From the NCBI RefSeq assembly GCF_009834535.1, contig NC_045697.1, positions 48,300,001 to 48,364,000 of the forward strand: a DNA stretch of 64,000 bases, given 5' to 3'. The position numbers and the translations under genes were made by a program. Under the pieces are notes generated by a model. It was not told the origin of the DNA. It worked only from the letters and a program-made list of their open reading frames with translations, and searched no databases. The stretch comes from Camelus ferus (Eukaryota). This document shows, one piece after another, positions 27,579 to 40,869 of the stretch; position 1 is the first letter of the stretch; each line of letters begins with the position of its first letter.

Positions 27579-28179
27579 CGCGTGCTTAAACCTAATCTTT
27601 CCCCCTTCATTTTCCTCTCCCTCCCCGAGGCCAGTGGAGGCTGGAGTGAGGATACAGGGCATAAGTGAGCGATGGCTGGGTGCACACGTGGCTGCTCCAA
27701 GCGCCAGTGGGGCAGTTTGTGGCCTATCTGGGACCCCATGCCAGCCGGCCGGCACAGCACAATCCCACCTCCCTCCTGCCCCACTCCAGGAGCCCCAGGT
27801 GGTGCTGGGCTGGTCAAGCAGCGAGTGGCCCATCTGGGCCGCTGCGCCAGGCTGGTTGCTGCATGAGGGTACTGAGGCCAGAGGCCGCCTCCCCCATGCT
27901 CAGCCAAATGCATGCCTGCCCCAGTGCGCTCTGCCCCCACCAGCCCCACCCACCATGGAGCTCCAAGTGGAGATAACCAGGCTTACTCCAGAACCACAGT
28001 AAACTAATCTCTTCTGGCCCTTACACTGGACTGGCCTATATAGAAGACTACTGACCACCTTAAAACAATGCTCAAACGAAGGCAACGCTACCAAACCAGG
28101 AAGAGAAGATGGCGTTTGAGGTAGACAGCTGACCCAAGACACCAGATGAGGCCTGTATACCAATTACTTTAGCACTCAC

Positions 28180-31100
28180 ACCTTTATATACTGTTATTTA
28201 AGCCATTCTCTCTGGTAGAGCTGAGACAAATTAAGAACAACTTGGTAAGCTACTCAAATAACCCAGATAAATACATACGGGCATTCCATCACCTCACTCT
28301 GGCATATGATTTCACCTGAAAGGATGTTATTATCCTTGGCCAGACCCTATCTGACACAGAAAAGGAAAAGGGTCCTCAGAGAAGCCAGAAAATATACAGA
28401 AAGCCTACAGGTCAAATGACAAGGGCCCATAGGGAAAATATCCATTCCCCCAATGGGCCCCGGATGGGACTATAATGACCCTAAGCAAAAGTGGGAAAGA
28501 GATCATTTTTCAGTCTGTGTTAAGACAGGACTCTGGGCAGCCTAACAGAAGGTTATCAGCTATTCTAAGGAGTCAGCTGTTAGTCAGGAGCCCAGAGAAA
28601 ACCCCACTGCCTTTTTAGAGTGGCTCCACGAGGCACTTACTAAGTACACTAACTCAGACCTCAGCTCATATGAGGGACAAATTATCCTAAAGGATAAATT
28701 TCTCACTCAGTCTGCCCCTTATATTAGACGAAAACTCCAAAAGGGGATCCGGGAACCTGGACTAACTCTTGAAATGCTAACCATTGCTGCCACAGTTTTT
28801 TATAATCGAGATCAGGAGCAAGAGGCCAAGGCTCAGGAGCAGGAAAGAAGGAAAGAGGCCAGGCCTGCCCAGATGATTGCAGCCCTTCAAGGGCAGCCAC
28901 CCTCCTGACTCACCCGGCCCCCAACAGCCCGAGCAAGTCCAACAAGTGCAGCATCTGCCACTGACCTGGTCCCTGGGCCAAAGAATGTCCCTACAGGGAC
29001 AAACCTCCAAGGTCTGCCTGCTTTCGGTGTAGCCAACAGGGTCATTGGGCAGCCCTCTGTCCTTCAAGCCAAATGGCTTGTCGGGAAAAACCGGCCCAAG
29101 ACCTGCAGATGGTTGTCTGGAACTAAAGGAGCCCCCTTCAGTCAGCCCCAGTGCAAGAGATCCCATCACTGGGCGGGAGCCGTGGGTACAGATGGATGTG
29201 GCAGGTAGGACAGTAACTTTTCTTTTGGATACTGGAGCCACCTACTGTCCTAACTTCCTTCTCCAGACCCTTCTCCTCTAGATTCTGTACTGTCATGGGA
29301 GTCACAGGTAAACCGACCTTAAGATTCTTTACTCACCCCCTTTGTTGTTTATGGGATGAATGCTCCTTTGCACATTCTTCCTTATGCATGCCAGAATGTC
29401 TTAGCCCCCTTTAAGGCCAAGGTCTTCTTTACAAGTTTGTAACCCGAGTTATCCTGGGAGAAAACCCCCAAACTTTCACCTCTTTACAACTCTTACTGCT
29501 CTCTCAGGAAGGAGAAAAACCTCTGCACCCAGAGGCCTGGGAGAATAAAATTAATCCTGCTGCCTGGGATCAAGGCATCGCGGTGCGAGCAAAGACGGCT
29601 GCTCCCGTTGTCATCTCCCTCAAAGATCCCACCTGGTTCCCTAATCGACAATAATATCCTTTAAAACCTGAGGCAATGAAGGGCCTTCAGCCAATAATTT
29701 CTAATTTCTTACAGTGTGGACTCTTATTTCCTGTTAACTCCCCCTGCAACACACCTATCCTTCTGGTCATTAAAAAAGATGGGACCTACAGACTGATCTG
29801 GGATTCACGAATCATAAATGAGGCAGTGGTACCTCTTCATCTAGTTATTCCAAACCCCTGTGTGTTACTGGGAAACGTACCTCCAGGATCCCAGGGGTAC
29901 ACGACCTTAGACCTAAAAGATGCTTTTTTTCTTTTTTTTTGGACCCCTTAGTCCCCAGTCCCAGTATTTATTTGCCTCTCAGTGGGACTCACCCAATGGG
30001 TATCAACGCCAGCTAACCTGGACAGCACTACTACCACAGGGGTTTAGAGACCGTCCTCACCTCTTTGGGCAAGCTTTGGCCCAAGATTTACAGGACTTAC
30101 AGCCTGAAAAAGGAACTATTCCCCAATATGTAGATGACCTACTTATCTGCTCCCTTACTGGAGAACAGGCCATCCAGCATGCAATCCAGTTTCCAGGTCC
30201 AAGGCCAAATGGTCAAACAAGAGGTAACTTATCTAGGAGTCGTTCTGATTCCTGGAAACTGTAGCCTTTCCCCTGAATGAATTCAGGGAATCTTACAACT
30301 CCCTAGCCCCACTTCTCAAAAACAGCTCAGCACATTTCTCAGACTAACAGGTTACTGTAGGCTTTGGATCCCTAACTATGGGTCTGCAGCCCAACCTCTG
30401 TATGACAGTTTAAAGGGTAAGGACGACTCAAGTACCTCGCCAGTGGGGTCCTTTCCAATAGGAAGCAATGGAAGAATTTTAAAACTCTCCTAGTAAGATC
30501 CCCAGCCTTGGGGCCAGATCCCTTCCAGTTCTCTGTTCATGAGAGAGGAGGAATAGCCTTGGGGGTCCTCACCCAAAGGCTGGGTCCTACACAACAGCCT
30601 ATGGGATACCTCTCTAAGCAGCTAGATCCCACTGCTCGAGGCTGGCCTTCCTGTCTAATAGTGCTGGGAGCCCTCTCCACTCTCCTGGAGGAAGCTTTCA
30701 AGCTAACTCTGGGGGTCCCTATATAAGCATACGCTAACCATCAACTTTCTGATCTTTTAAAAGGCAAGGGACATTTCTGCCTCTCAGATGCTCAGCTTCT
30801 TAAATGTCAGGCATTATTATTGGAAAACCCAGATGTCACTGTCTCCGTTTGTGGGACACTCAATCCTGTTACACTATTACCATCACCAGATGAGTCTCTT
30901 CTCTTTCACATAAGTCATGAGACCCTATCTGTTTCTCTAGGAGCTAGAACAGATCTCACGGACCAAACCCTGGAAAACCCTGATGAGATCTGTTTCACCG
31001 ATGGGAGCAGCTTTATCACAGAGGGAAAACAGAGCTGGATATTCATTTGTGTCCCTCCATGAGGTTACAGACACTAAGCCACTGCCTACAGGTACCTCAG

Positions 31101-31460
31101 CACAATTGGCTGAACTAATTGCCTTAAAACGAGCCTTAGAGCTCGTACAAGGGGAAAGGATCACCATTTATACAGACTCAAAATATGCCTTCCTGGCTTT
31201 ACATGCTCATGCAGCCATTTGGAAGGAAAAGGGACTTTTAACTGCCAAAGATAGTCCCATAAAATATGGATTCCAAATCCTTGGCCTTCTTGCGGCCCTC
31301 CAGCTTCCCCGACAAGTGGCTGTGGTTCACTGTAAGGGCCATCGAAAAAGGGATTCAGAAACAGCAAAAGGAAACAGCACAGCTGATGCTGCAGCCAGGA
31401 GTGCTGCCACTCAGGAGCCTCCCCTGCAAGGGGCGCTGGTTCCTACCCTGCCTTTACCAA
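28180..31460 (+). mobile_element. Class I (gamma-like, ERV-H-related) gag-pro-pol pseudogene, 3'-deleted
   Basis: MHR QEPRENPTAFLE (~28585); Cys-His box CFRCSQQGHWAALC (~29020-29060); protease FLLDTGA (29218-29238); RT LPQGF and YVDDL (~30127); RNase H FTDGSS, TSAQLAELIAL, YTDSKY, HCKGH. Many stops/frameshifts; no integrase, env or 3' LTR. Confidence 0.95.
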
Positions 31461-32070
31461 GTACCAAGCAATCTCCTCTGAACCCCTTCAGGGCAGAGCC
31501 TAGAGTTGCACTGAGGCCTCAGACCTCAACGTCCACTGTGAGCAGGGAAGAATTCATCCCTGACCACTAGGCAGTCATGTCCCACACCTGCACCATCATG
31601 TTGTAATATGAAATTCTCTAACATGCCTCAGGGAAAGAGGCCTGATCTAATGTAACACTGTCACAAATTTTGTACAAATTGTGGATATACCTTCAAAGCA
31701 GAGCTCCTTGACTTTTTCCCCTAAGACGACCAACTTTTTAGGTCGACAGAACAGGAACATTTAGTCCTGTGTCACAGCAGACACTGCCCTGCCCAGATTA
31801 GCTTCTTTTTCTATAAATATTTTATTGGCATATAGTCAGTTTAGTGTTGTGTCAATTTCTGGTGTACAGATTAGCTTCTGATATGCAAAAATTAAATGTT
31901 TTAAAGAGAACTACCACCTTCTTCATTCTTACATTTGTTCTATGCCAAGGTTTAATTTCTTCAGAGGACCCAGATCTCAGACTCTTTTTGTTGTAGAGGA
32001 CAAGCAGGTGGTATTCAAAATGGCAGAAGAGGCTTCCGGTTTCCAGTTCCATTTGTATTGCTTGGAAATC
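31461..32070 (-). pseudogene. Bornavirus-like L fragment (A-' duplicate of ~4906-5460)
   Basis: gtaccaagcaatctcctctgaacccc ~ 4906 gtaccaaggaatctcctctaaaccc; cttcaaagcagagctcc shared; includes a small L1 3' piece at ~31805-31885. Confidence 0.55.
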
Positions 32071-32509
32071 ACAACTCTACCCTAACAAGGGGAAATCTAA
32101 ACAGACAAGAAAAAACCCAGTTCTTCTAGGATTCACACAAGAGGGAAGACAAGGCAAACCACTGCCCTCTAGACTGAGTGACAAGAACAGGCAAATACAG
32201 GGAGTCCTGGATTTTAAAAGTAGAGACTCAAGGGGAAACTGTAGTGGGGAGAAAAATCTAAACTGTTCCTGATCAATTTCTGGAAGTTGAGTACACATAA
32301 GGCTGAGTAAAACAACAGAGGAGACCCAGCCGTAGGAAGCCCCCACAGTATCATGAGGTTTACTACCAGCAACTGGACTAGGTTCCCACAGGTAGTATAT
32401 GAAATAAATCCCCTCTTGTTTCTGGGAGGGGGAGAGGAAAAAGGACCATCTAAAATATGCCACAGCACCCTGTCTTAACAAGGGCCTCAGGGGAAACTAG
32501 TATATCAGA

Positions 32510-33842
32510 GTCCATTGAAACAATGGACTCATGACCTTAATATTCACTGGTCCTTATATATAAGTTACATGTTGTATCAAGCTGCTGATCTTACAGACAG
32601 GTTGTAGGAATGCCTTCCTGAAGATTCAAGTTGCCAGCTTTTACATGTGTTAAGCCTGTGGATCTGTAACACTGTCCTCCATAGTACCCTCCACAGGTTG
32701 AGCCAGTGACTACTATATGGTGCTTTGTTCCTCAGACCCGTGTGTTCTATGTATTGGTGACAAAGTGGTAGAAATTGTTTATAGCTCCTCTCACCATTAC
32801 TCCCAATGATACACTTGAAGTTCTGACTGATTTTATGACGTCTTTTTGAGGGATTGGGAAGAGCTTACAGGAGACACAGAGCTCCAATAAACCTAGAGTT
32901 AGTCTACTTTTTGGTTATTTGGGGCTCAAGCCGGTAGCCTAGCAGGGAAGGTATGGGTTTACTTTACTGACAAGGGTCATCATGATGGTCATCACAACTT
33001 TAGGTAACTGCTACTGAGTGGTGATTGAGATTACTATGCCTAGGACTCAAGGGAATCACAGGGGAGTGTCTTGGAGGTCACTGAGAGTAGATGAATTGCA
33101 GCAACCATGGCCAAGGTAACCAGGGGCTCAGGTCTCCAATGCATGAAGGTCTGAGTTATTCCACTGAGCTAGAAATCTAGTCCAGCAGAAATGCTGGCCA
33201 AGGATAAGAATTGCTCATGATTGCTAGGAGAAAAACAGTTACAACCCTGGGCCCAACTGCAGAAGCACAGAATATAACTGGCAACCAATCCTGACTTTTA
33301 CAGGAATTGTGGCCAGCATCTACCTTGACAGAACAGTGACTATACTCAAAGGCCAGGCCAGGAAGGGCGTGGGTGATTGGCTTTGATACTTCATCCCATG
33401 TATCCTTGACCTTGAGTTCACCTGCAGCTGATATACAGTTCCACCACTAGTCATCAGCTTCCTAACTCAGGCACCCACATCTGATGATTCTCTACCCAAG
33501 GGTTTTCTGCTGCAGCACATGAGCTTTCTCAGCCTGCTGACTGGATTGTCTGCTTGCAGAGAACCAACCTATGATCAATAGGAAGCTGTAACTGGGTGAT
33601 CAATACTTTAGCTTCCCTATCCCTCTGAGAGCAGTTCTGAACCATGTATTTCATGGTTTCTTAGTCCCCAGGGAAATTGCACCCCAGTTGTCTATAGCAG
33701 TTATTCTTTCATTAGGATGCCCTGAGGGGCTTTACTCGATTCACTGTCTCACTTTCTAGACTCCATTTCCTGTGACCATCTCCCAAGTAAGCCACTTAAA
33801 CCCTCATCTCAGTCTGCTTTTAGAGAAAGCCAGACTAAGATA
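32510..33842 (+). mobile_element. ERVL-MaLR internal fragment + MLT LTR
   Basis: MaLR-internal-like text; LTR end 'ccatctcccaagtaagccact...ctcatctcagtctgctttt...cagactaaga'. Confidence 0.6.
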
Positions 33843-34229
33843 TTAAAAATTGCAATACAGAAGTCCAGTTGTTCTTAAGTTACTGTAGAATCTTATAGTT
33901 ACCTTCAAAATTTGGGGGGGACAGGAAAAAATTCAAAACATTACTAAGGGTACAAACTGAAGGATGGGCAAAGTGGGAGAAAAAGCACTGTGAAATCTCC
34001 AAGCTGGATTTTTTCAGTCCTATTCATAACTCTTGCCTTGAACAAGTCACTCACTTTGGAAGCTTTTCATTTAGAGAGACATTTTATTCTATTATTCCCT
34101 CTTCCATTATCTGCAACAAGCTTGAGAACTTTAAGTCTCTTATTTAATATTTTGGGAAGACTAAACATTCAAATTTATTAACGAGGGAGTTACATATATG
34201 ATTGCTTCCATCGCTAGTAATAATGGTTT

Positions 34230-36960
34230 AGATTAGCATGTGTAGACTCATAGTTCTGTGCCGGTACCTCATGACCTTGCTACACAGGCCAAGCTTGAAC
34301 TACAGCTAATATGAGTCTCTGCAGAACACCCCTTGTGAACTGCATGGAGCAGGAGACCAGTAAGGGGCTTATGAGGAGCTACTGGAGGCTCTCACTCACT
34401 TCCTTATTAAGGGAGGCTGTCGTGAGACAGTTTTCCATTGCCTGCAGGAATTTAATGAAGTATAAACAGTGTCCATGGAGATTAGTAGACATCACATCAA
34501 CTAGCTCTGAGAACAGCTGGCCTCAAATTGTCAGGTTCACCTCTATCTCACAGGCTGGAGTCAAGCTTACACCAAGAACCAAGAAGCAGGATCAAGATTA
34601 CAAAGAGCCATCAACACCGGCCTAGGCTTCTCATGGGAGCTATGGCTGCTAAGAGTAGGAAGACAAGTGGGTTAAGCCTTGAATCCCATGCTGAAAGTAG
34701 GTGGAGCCACTGTGGAGGTGAGTCTTCGTATTGGAGCCACTGCAGATGTATATCTTGGTAACGCTTAACAGAGAAATGGTGGTTAAAGTTGAGTTCCTTG
34801 TTCCCTAGCCACTGAACATAACCCACTAAAGGTAGAACCATGTTATGTTGTCCTTTTCTGATTGAGGTTGGGCGGACAGCATACACAATTGGATGTCCTA
34901 CATCAATTTGCCAAGCAACTTGAAAGCTTTGAGTCCAAGAGAAAGCTTCGCAGCAGGTCCAGCTTAGTCTAGCCCACCTGCATGTTCTGAAGAATAGCTC
35001 CTGAACGATTTTAGTCTCCAATTCAGAAAGTCACCTTCCCTGATAAGGGCAGGTTCACATGTCAGCTACCTCACAACAAAGTTGAGGATTCTTCAATTCT
35101 CCCTGTAGATAATAGAAACAGTATGACTAGTAGGCCATCTTTTTTCTTCTAGGGTCTTGCCAAGAAAAAAACAATGACTAGCTGGTGGTTTCAGCACTAT
35201 ATCCAAATTATGTTCATATCTAGTTGAAGAGTGAAGAACAGCAAAGACAAAAGCTCCTGCAGTAGAGATGAGCACAGGATGTATATGGCAAGGCAACAGC
35301 ATAAGCGGCTTTAAGTAGAATTTCCCAATGCTGTGCTTGGAATGGAAGAGTGTCCTGGCATAGTCTCCTTTGGTTTTACCAATATTTCTATGCCTATGTC
35401 AGCCAAAATAATAGTGGTCATCCATGGCTTTATGGAGATGTTTGTTTGTGACTAGAGCTCACCTGAACTTTCACTGGTTTTTAGATGTGCCCCTGTTTAT
35501 ATTTAATAAGGTTGTCAAGGCCATTTAGTTTCAGGATAGTGCTCACGTGACATCTCAGGTATTGGGAAGGAAGCCTCAGGCATTCCTTTGTGCCTGTAAA
35601 GTCTCTAGGTGGCCTTACTGACCCGTTTTTTCTTTCAGCTTTTGACACCTTTGAAATTGCTAACTATTGACAAGTTCCTTCTGCTGAACTCCGTAGAATG
35701 GTATCCATTTTGCTCACTGGATTCTGTCTGATAGTCATGAAAGCCACTCATGGACCATCATAGCCCAGAATGCTGGTGGGAAGGAGCCTCTCCTCAAAGT
35801 GGTGTCTCTGAAGTTGCAAGGAACTTAAACCACTTACTGATCATGAAGGATCACTCCCCCCCTTGGCTCTGGCCATAGCCAAGGCACTTAGGAAATGGAC
35901 CATTGTCATTCTTGCTTTCATCCTAACCTACTCTACCCTGGCATTCCCCCTTCTGGGACAGCTGGGTACTCCTAAGACCATGAAGGTAGCCATACCTTCA
36001 GTAGTTCCCTAAACTATGCCCTGATGCCTTGAACTTAGTGAACCCAACTCTTCAACATGATAGAAAGGGCTAAGAGTGATGACTAGCTTCATCCTGGAGT
36101 AGCCCGTGCCTAGAACCATCTCACCAGCCTACTGGAGCTTTAAGGAGGAGAGCACAATGAGTTCACAGCAAACACTGCAGGCCTTGTTCCCTATATATCC
36201 TGGCCAGACAGGTTCAATATGCAAAAATCAGCACATCAGGTGTCCCCCACCATAGCCTGGGAGATATTCTTCCAGCAAACACAGGGGAAGAGACGACTTA
36301 TTTGTGACTATTTAGCAGAACCAGAAGTTTACAATCTTGATAGTGCCTGGTTAGGTTCTAGGGCAGCCTGACAGTGCCTTTTGAACAACAGCTTGGAAGA
36401 GTTTCCCCTACACTATGTAGGGGAAAGGTCTGTCTCAGCAGTCTTACTGGGACAGGTCCAGTCTATAGCATGTTTCTACAGTGCTAGCTGTAAACATTGA
36501 CAAGTCAGGATGCGGTCTGCTGGGTCTGTTTGCTTAGAGCAGAGTCCCTGGTGTAGGCTCTGTATCAGTGTAGAGCAAGGAGACCCTAGGCAGGACACAG
36601 CTCAGAGAGGCAGGAGTATAAAGATACACTGTACTGGTTTCACTGTCACAACCAGTTTTTAAATACTGATCTGCTACTTTATCAGGATAATCCAGGATGA
36701 GTTGCCAGCAGGTAGTTCATAGGGAAAAGTAAGTAGGGCCAGCATAAAGGGATTGGAGGGAGGGAAGGCCTAAGGTCTAGAGATCAGAGGCCTAAACACA
36801 TGAGTTTTTGGTAATAAGGACACTATCTGAAAGGTCCATCGATGTGTGGATTTAAGGTGATATCAGGTCTTTCAAGATAAGATTTGCAATGGGGCTACGA
36901 GTATGGAAGGCAAAAAGATGCAGCTCAGCCAGGCAAACAGTCAACACTAGAAATCTAAGG
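34230..36960 (-). pseudogene. Endogenous bornavirus-like L, C-terminal half (segment C)
   Basis: PFMLALL (36751-36731) ~ PFQLALL; I*KPVKV (35486-35466) ~ ISKPVTV; NPQLCCEV ~ NPGIVEIEV; CEAFSWTQS ~ CYSLSWSKS; EIEVN..FSELVDV (34510-34493) ~ ELEFN..DSELVDI. Confidence 0.75.
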
Positions 36961-36964
36961 CAGT

Positions 36965-37180
36965 TTTATAACAAGGGCAGTTTTGCTCGCTGGGGTACAT
37001 CAGGCAATGCCTACATATATTCTTGCTTTTCAGTGGAGAGAGGGGGATTCTGCTGGCATCCAATGGGTAGACACCATGGATGCTGCTAAAACATTCTATA
37101 ATGCACAGGACAGCTCCCCACCCTAACAGTTATGTAGCCCAAATTATCCAATATTCAACCTCAAATTTCAGTTTGAGAAA
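36965..37180. mobile_element. MER20-like hAT DNA transposon nested in the viral L
   Basis: 'ggcagttttgc...ggcaatg...ctgctggcatccaatgggtaga...ggatgctgctaaaacattctataatgcacaggacagc...gttgagaaac'-type MER20 text. Confidence 0.8.
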
Positions 37181-37189
37181 CTGATGTGA

Positions 37190-37950
37190 ATTGTTGGTTG
37201 CATCTCCCGATGGGTGTTAAAAGTAGTCCAAGAAGTGATGAGACCTTGGGGAAGAGAGGATTCATTTAGTGGCTCAAGTTGTCACCTTGTCCCCCGGCCT
37301 CTCTAGCATGTTGGCTGTTAACGACGACAAGTTGTAAGTGAAGGCAAGAGTTTCATTAAAGCTTACGATGTTGGAAAACACTAGGCTCAAGTTCGAACTT
37401 CTGAGGCGCTGTTGGTGAGCCTAAGAGACTACTAAGCTCCTGTCCCCAGCTCTGAGACGTAAAGATCACGTGAACAAGCAGCCCCCTCCGTGAGTTTCAC
37501 GGGTGGTATGTTTAGGTGTGCAAGTGACCGGAAGAATCTTAGCAGTTCAGGGTAGCTGGTTGGGGTTCCTGAAGGCATCCTGAAGGAAATATGAGGAAGG
37601 GAAACAAATTGCAGTGGAAGTACAAGACAGACGACTGGAGGCATTTCCATACTTGTTATTGGCTTAGCTAATACAGGTGAAACCTCTAGTCAGTTAACTG
37701 TCTCAAAGTTCTGGGGAACTCTGGAGTCATGTTACAACATACTTAGGTATGTTGTAGTGTTCCAGAGAACCTCTGGGATAGCCATTAAGCCTCAAATTCC
37801 TTAGTGAAGTTAGCAAAGTTCATTTTAGAAGTTTCTCTTAACACAGCTTATGTGTAGCTGCTCAGAATTTCAGCCTCTCAGGCACACAGAAACACATTGC
37901 TGAAACACATTAGAGCTAGATTCTTCCTAAAGGCCTAGACGGTTTCAACA
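37190..37950 (-). pseudogene. Endogenous bornavirus-like L RdRp core (segment C) with catalytic motif C
   Basis: GGA CAA GGT GAC AAC TTG = GQGDNL at 37292-37275, preceded by NETLAF..LTANML ~ WEIIAL..VTFNIL; FFRS, NIPP, EGAAC ~ FFRT, FNPP, DGVTC. Confidence 0.8.
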
Positions 37951-37954
37951 TCTG

Positions 37955-40860
37955 AAATCTCCCAACCCTGTGTGCAGTCTCTAGTTTCTTCCACCACTCC
38001 AGGAGAAAGCACCCTGCCACTGGGCATGGGGTCAGGTATCTTCAACTGCTGAAGTGTTCCATGTGATTAGCAACTGGACATGAACTTATCACCCATGAGA
38101 ACTTGCCAGAGCATACCAACCCAAAAGCAGGTCTCCATGGCCTTAAGCCCATCAAAATGAATCACATTCATGTCTCTGAATCTGGTATAGGGAGAACCAT
38201 ACTTTGAGATGTCCAATGTTGGAAAGGCACAACAAGAAACTAAAATGAAGTTCTTATGTGTTCATTAAAGGCAAGGCACCCTACAATGGGTTCATCCTGA
38301 GACAACTGTCAATGCCTAGAGAAGTACCATGGTTCTAGAAGCATTTAGTGAGCTTACTGTCCCAAGGAAAAAGGGTATCTTTTGGACCTATGATCTGAGT
38401 TGACACTAATACCTGGAGACCCAAAACATCATGACCGAAAACATCATTACAGATATATGGGGGTAATAATAAACAGAGTCCTGACCAATGTTTGGCTGAC
38501 AACTGACCTGGGGACCCATCCAGAACTCATTACTCTTGTCTAAATAGAATTGAGATTAACACACTTGATTGGCATTTGGAATAACCCCTACATAGGATCC
38601 TTGGCATATGAAATAAGAGCTATCCCTGTGGGTAAAGCAAGTGACTCATTTTCTGAAACTGGTGTAATATCTCAACTGGGTTTAGGGGCAAACATATTGC
38701 CTGAGGTATGGCCAAGATTAGTGTTTTCCTTAGGAATCAAGCAAAAGGGTTGGTGGTCCTTGTATCTCAGTTTAATTCTATACTCCTAGCCCAGGATTAA
38801 ACTAAATAGGTACTGGAGAGTGACTGGACTACTTCAAGTTCGGCCAACTATTAGCCTTGACTCCCAGAAGATGAGGTTTCAAGCAGTACATCTGACCATC
38901 TGTATGAAGGGGCCTGAGGTGAGAACGTGCAGGAACACATGGGCAACAGCCTAGCTATCCAGTTAGCAGCCTGCAAGGAAGACAACTGAAGATCAAAGAC
39001 AAGGAGATACTGGGTAGAGGAATGTGGATGGACATATGGGAGTGGGCATGAAGCATGATTTTTTTCTCATGTTAACACTCACCAGAAAAGATCCACAGGG
39101 AAGGCACTAAATAACCAAGTAGATACAGAGACTGCCCCTGACATCAGCCAAACTTTCAGTTGAACTGTATGAATGAATCAAGTGGCCACAGTGACAGAGA
39201 TAGAACCTACAGATGGGCCCAAGTTTACACATTTGCTCTTACCATAGCAACCTAGCTACTGCCTATGGATGTCCAATCTGCCAGCAACAGAGATCAGCAC
39301 TGAAGCCTAAGATGCTAAGATGGACAGTATTCATTTACTCTTCAATTCCAAAATGCTTTGTGGCAAGCCAACTACACTGAGCACCTTGCATCCTAGGGCC
39401 TGAAGTTGCTTCCCACAGTAATAACCATCTGTTCTAGGCATGGGTTTGCCTTCTCAGCCTCTAAGACTCAATCAGCACCACTATTTGTGTGTACATGGGA
39501 TCTACAAAAAATTGCACTTCATAGCTTGTAACCAGGGGACCCAACTCAAAGCAAAGAGTTTGGGATGGACCATGAGATCCACTGGTCACTTCACATATTG
39601 TACCACCCAGAAGCTTCTGGCCTCAGTGTTTGTATCCTGCTGAAAGAAAACATACTTATCAGCTGCTAGACAATACATTGCATAATGTGATGCCATCCTC
39701 CAGGAAACAATTCATATACAAGTCAGACGTCTATATACTTTGTCCCCAGTAAGACAACTACATGGGTCCTAGAACCAGGGAGTACCCGACCTACCATCAC
39801 TCCTAGTGACCCACTGGGGAACTCTGATTCTCATCCCTGCAACTCCTGGCTTGACAGAGTTAAAGATGATTGTCCACAAAAGGTATGCAGTCTTAGCAAA
39901 GGACCCACAATGGGTTTCACTGAACCACAAGCTATAACCTGCTACCATGGTATTTGATTCTGTGCCCAAGAACCAGTCAAGAAAAAGTCACCGTTACAGA
40001 AAGATTAATTAACCTTGATCAAGAGGAGGTGATGTTGCTGTTACAATAATGGCGAAATAATGTCTATGCAACTAGGGTGATCTAACTGGGTACTTCTCTG
40101 CATACCCTTGGCCCAATTATAACTGAGTAGATAAACGTGGAAACCCTGGCCTGTGAAGAGAATGGCCTCTATCACAGTAGGTCCTTCAGGCATGAGAGAT
40201 TCAGTCTCTACAATCATGACATGCAAGGGTGATAACTGAGGGTGAGAATATTTAGAATGGTTAGTGGAGGGGGGAGGTAAGTACCCGTCCAGCCTAGAGA
40301 GTAGTTACAGCAGTGGGAGCTGTAATTCCCACTCATCTCCCTCTTATGAGACTTCTCAGGAAGAGGAGCCCACAAACCATAAAGGAGTTTCCCAGAAGAG
40401 CATGGAGAAGTGTGTCTGTACAGCACAGGGGATGAACTGCTGTAGCCAGGGGACCATGCCCCTCAAATCTCCCCTCAGGGCAGAACCTGCTAGAAACATT
40501 GGAGTCAGCTGACAGCTTTCTGCCATAGTGCTTCAGGATCTGCTATACTAATCAAGCCTAGAATATCTTCTTCCCAGGAAGCGATTAGTCAAACACTGAG
40601 CACAGGGCAGTACTCATCATTTCTACCCAATCTGAGAGTCCTCTACTGGCCATCTTAGTACTAGAACTCCCTCTCAGGATGGCCAAGACTAGACTGCAGA
40701 GCTGGACTGCAGTCCCAGGCTCTTCCTAGTCTTCCCCTTCTTTCTCAGGTGCTGCAATGAAGTGTCAAGGTTTTCTCAGCCTGCTCCTGTTCCATCTCTC
40801 CTTCCCAACCCCAGCTTCATCCTCCTGCTAGGACTGCCTGCCTGTGAATGCATGCCTTCT
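37955..40860 (+). mobile_element. ERVL/MaLR internal + LTR inserted in the viral L
   Basis: ERVL-like pol remnants ('ctgagttgacactaatacctggagacccaaa') and MLT-internal text; LTR from ~40440. Confidence 0.7.
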
Positions 40861-40869
40861 AGACCTGCA

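Noticed and set aside
27522..28002. Overlapping 100-144 aa ORFs on both strands
   Set aside because: GC-rich ERV leader region; ORFs expected from composition, with no recognisable protein.
34230..35760. Host processed pseudogene or L2 endonuclease remnant
   Set aside because: No host parent recognised, and no poly(A)/TSD; ordered matches to the bornavirus L C-terminal half explain it better.
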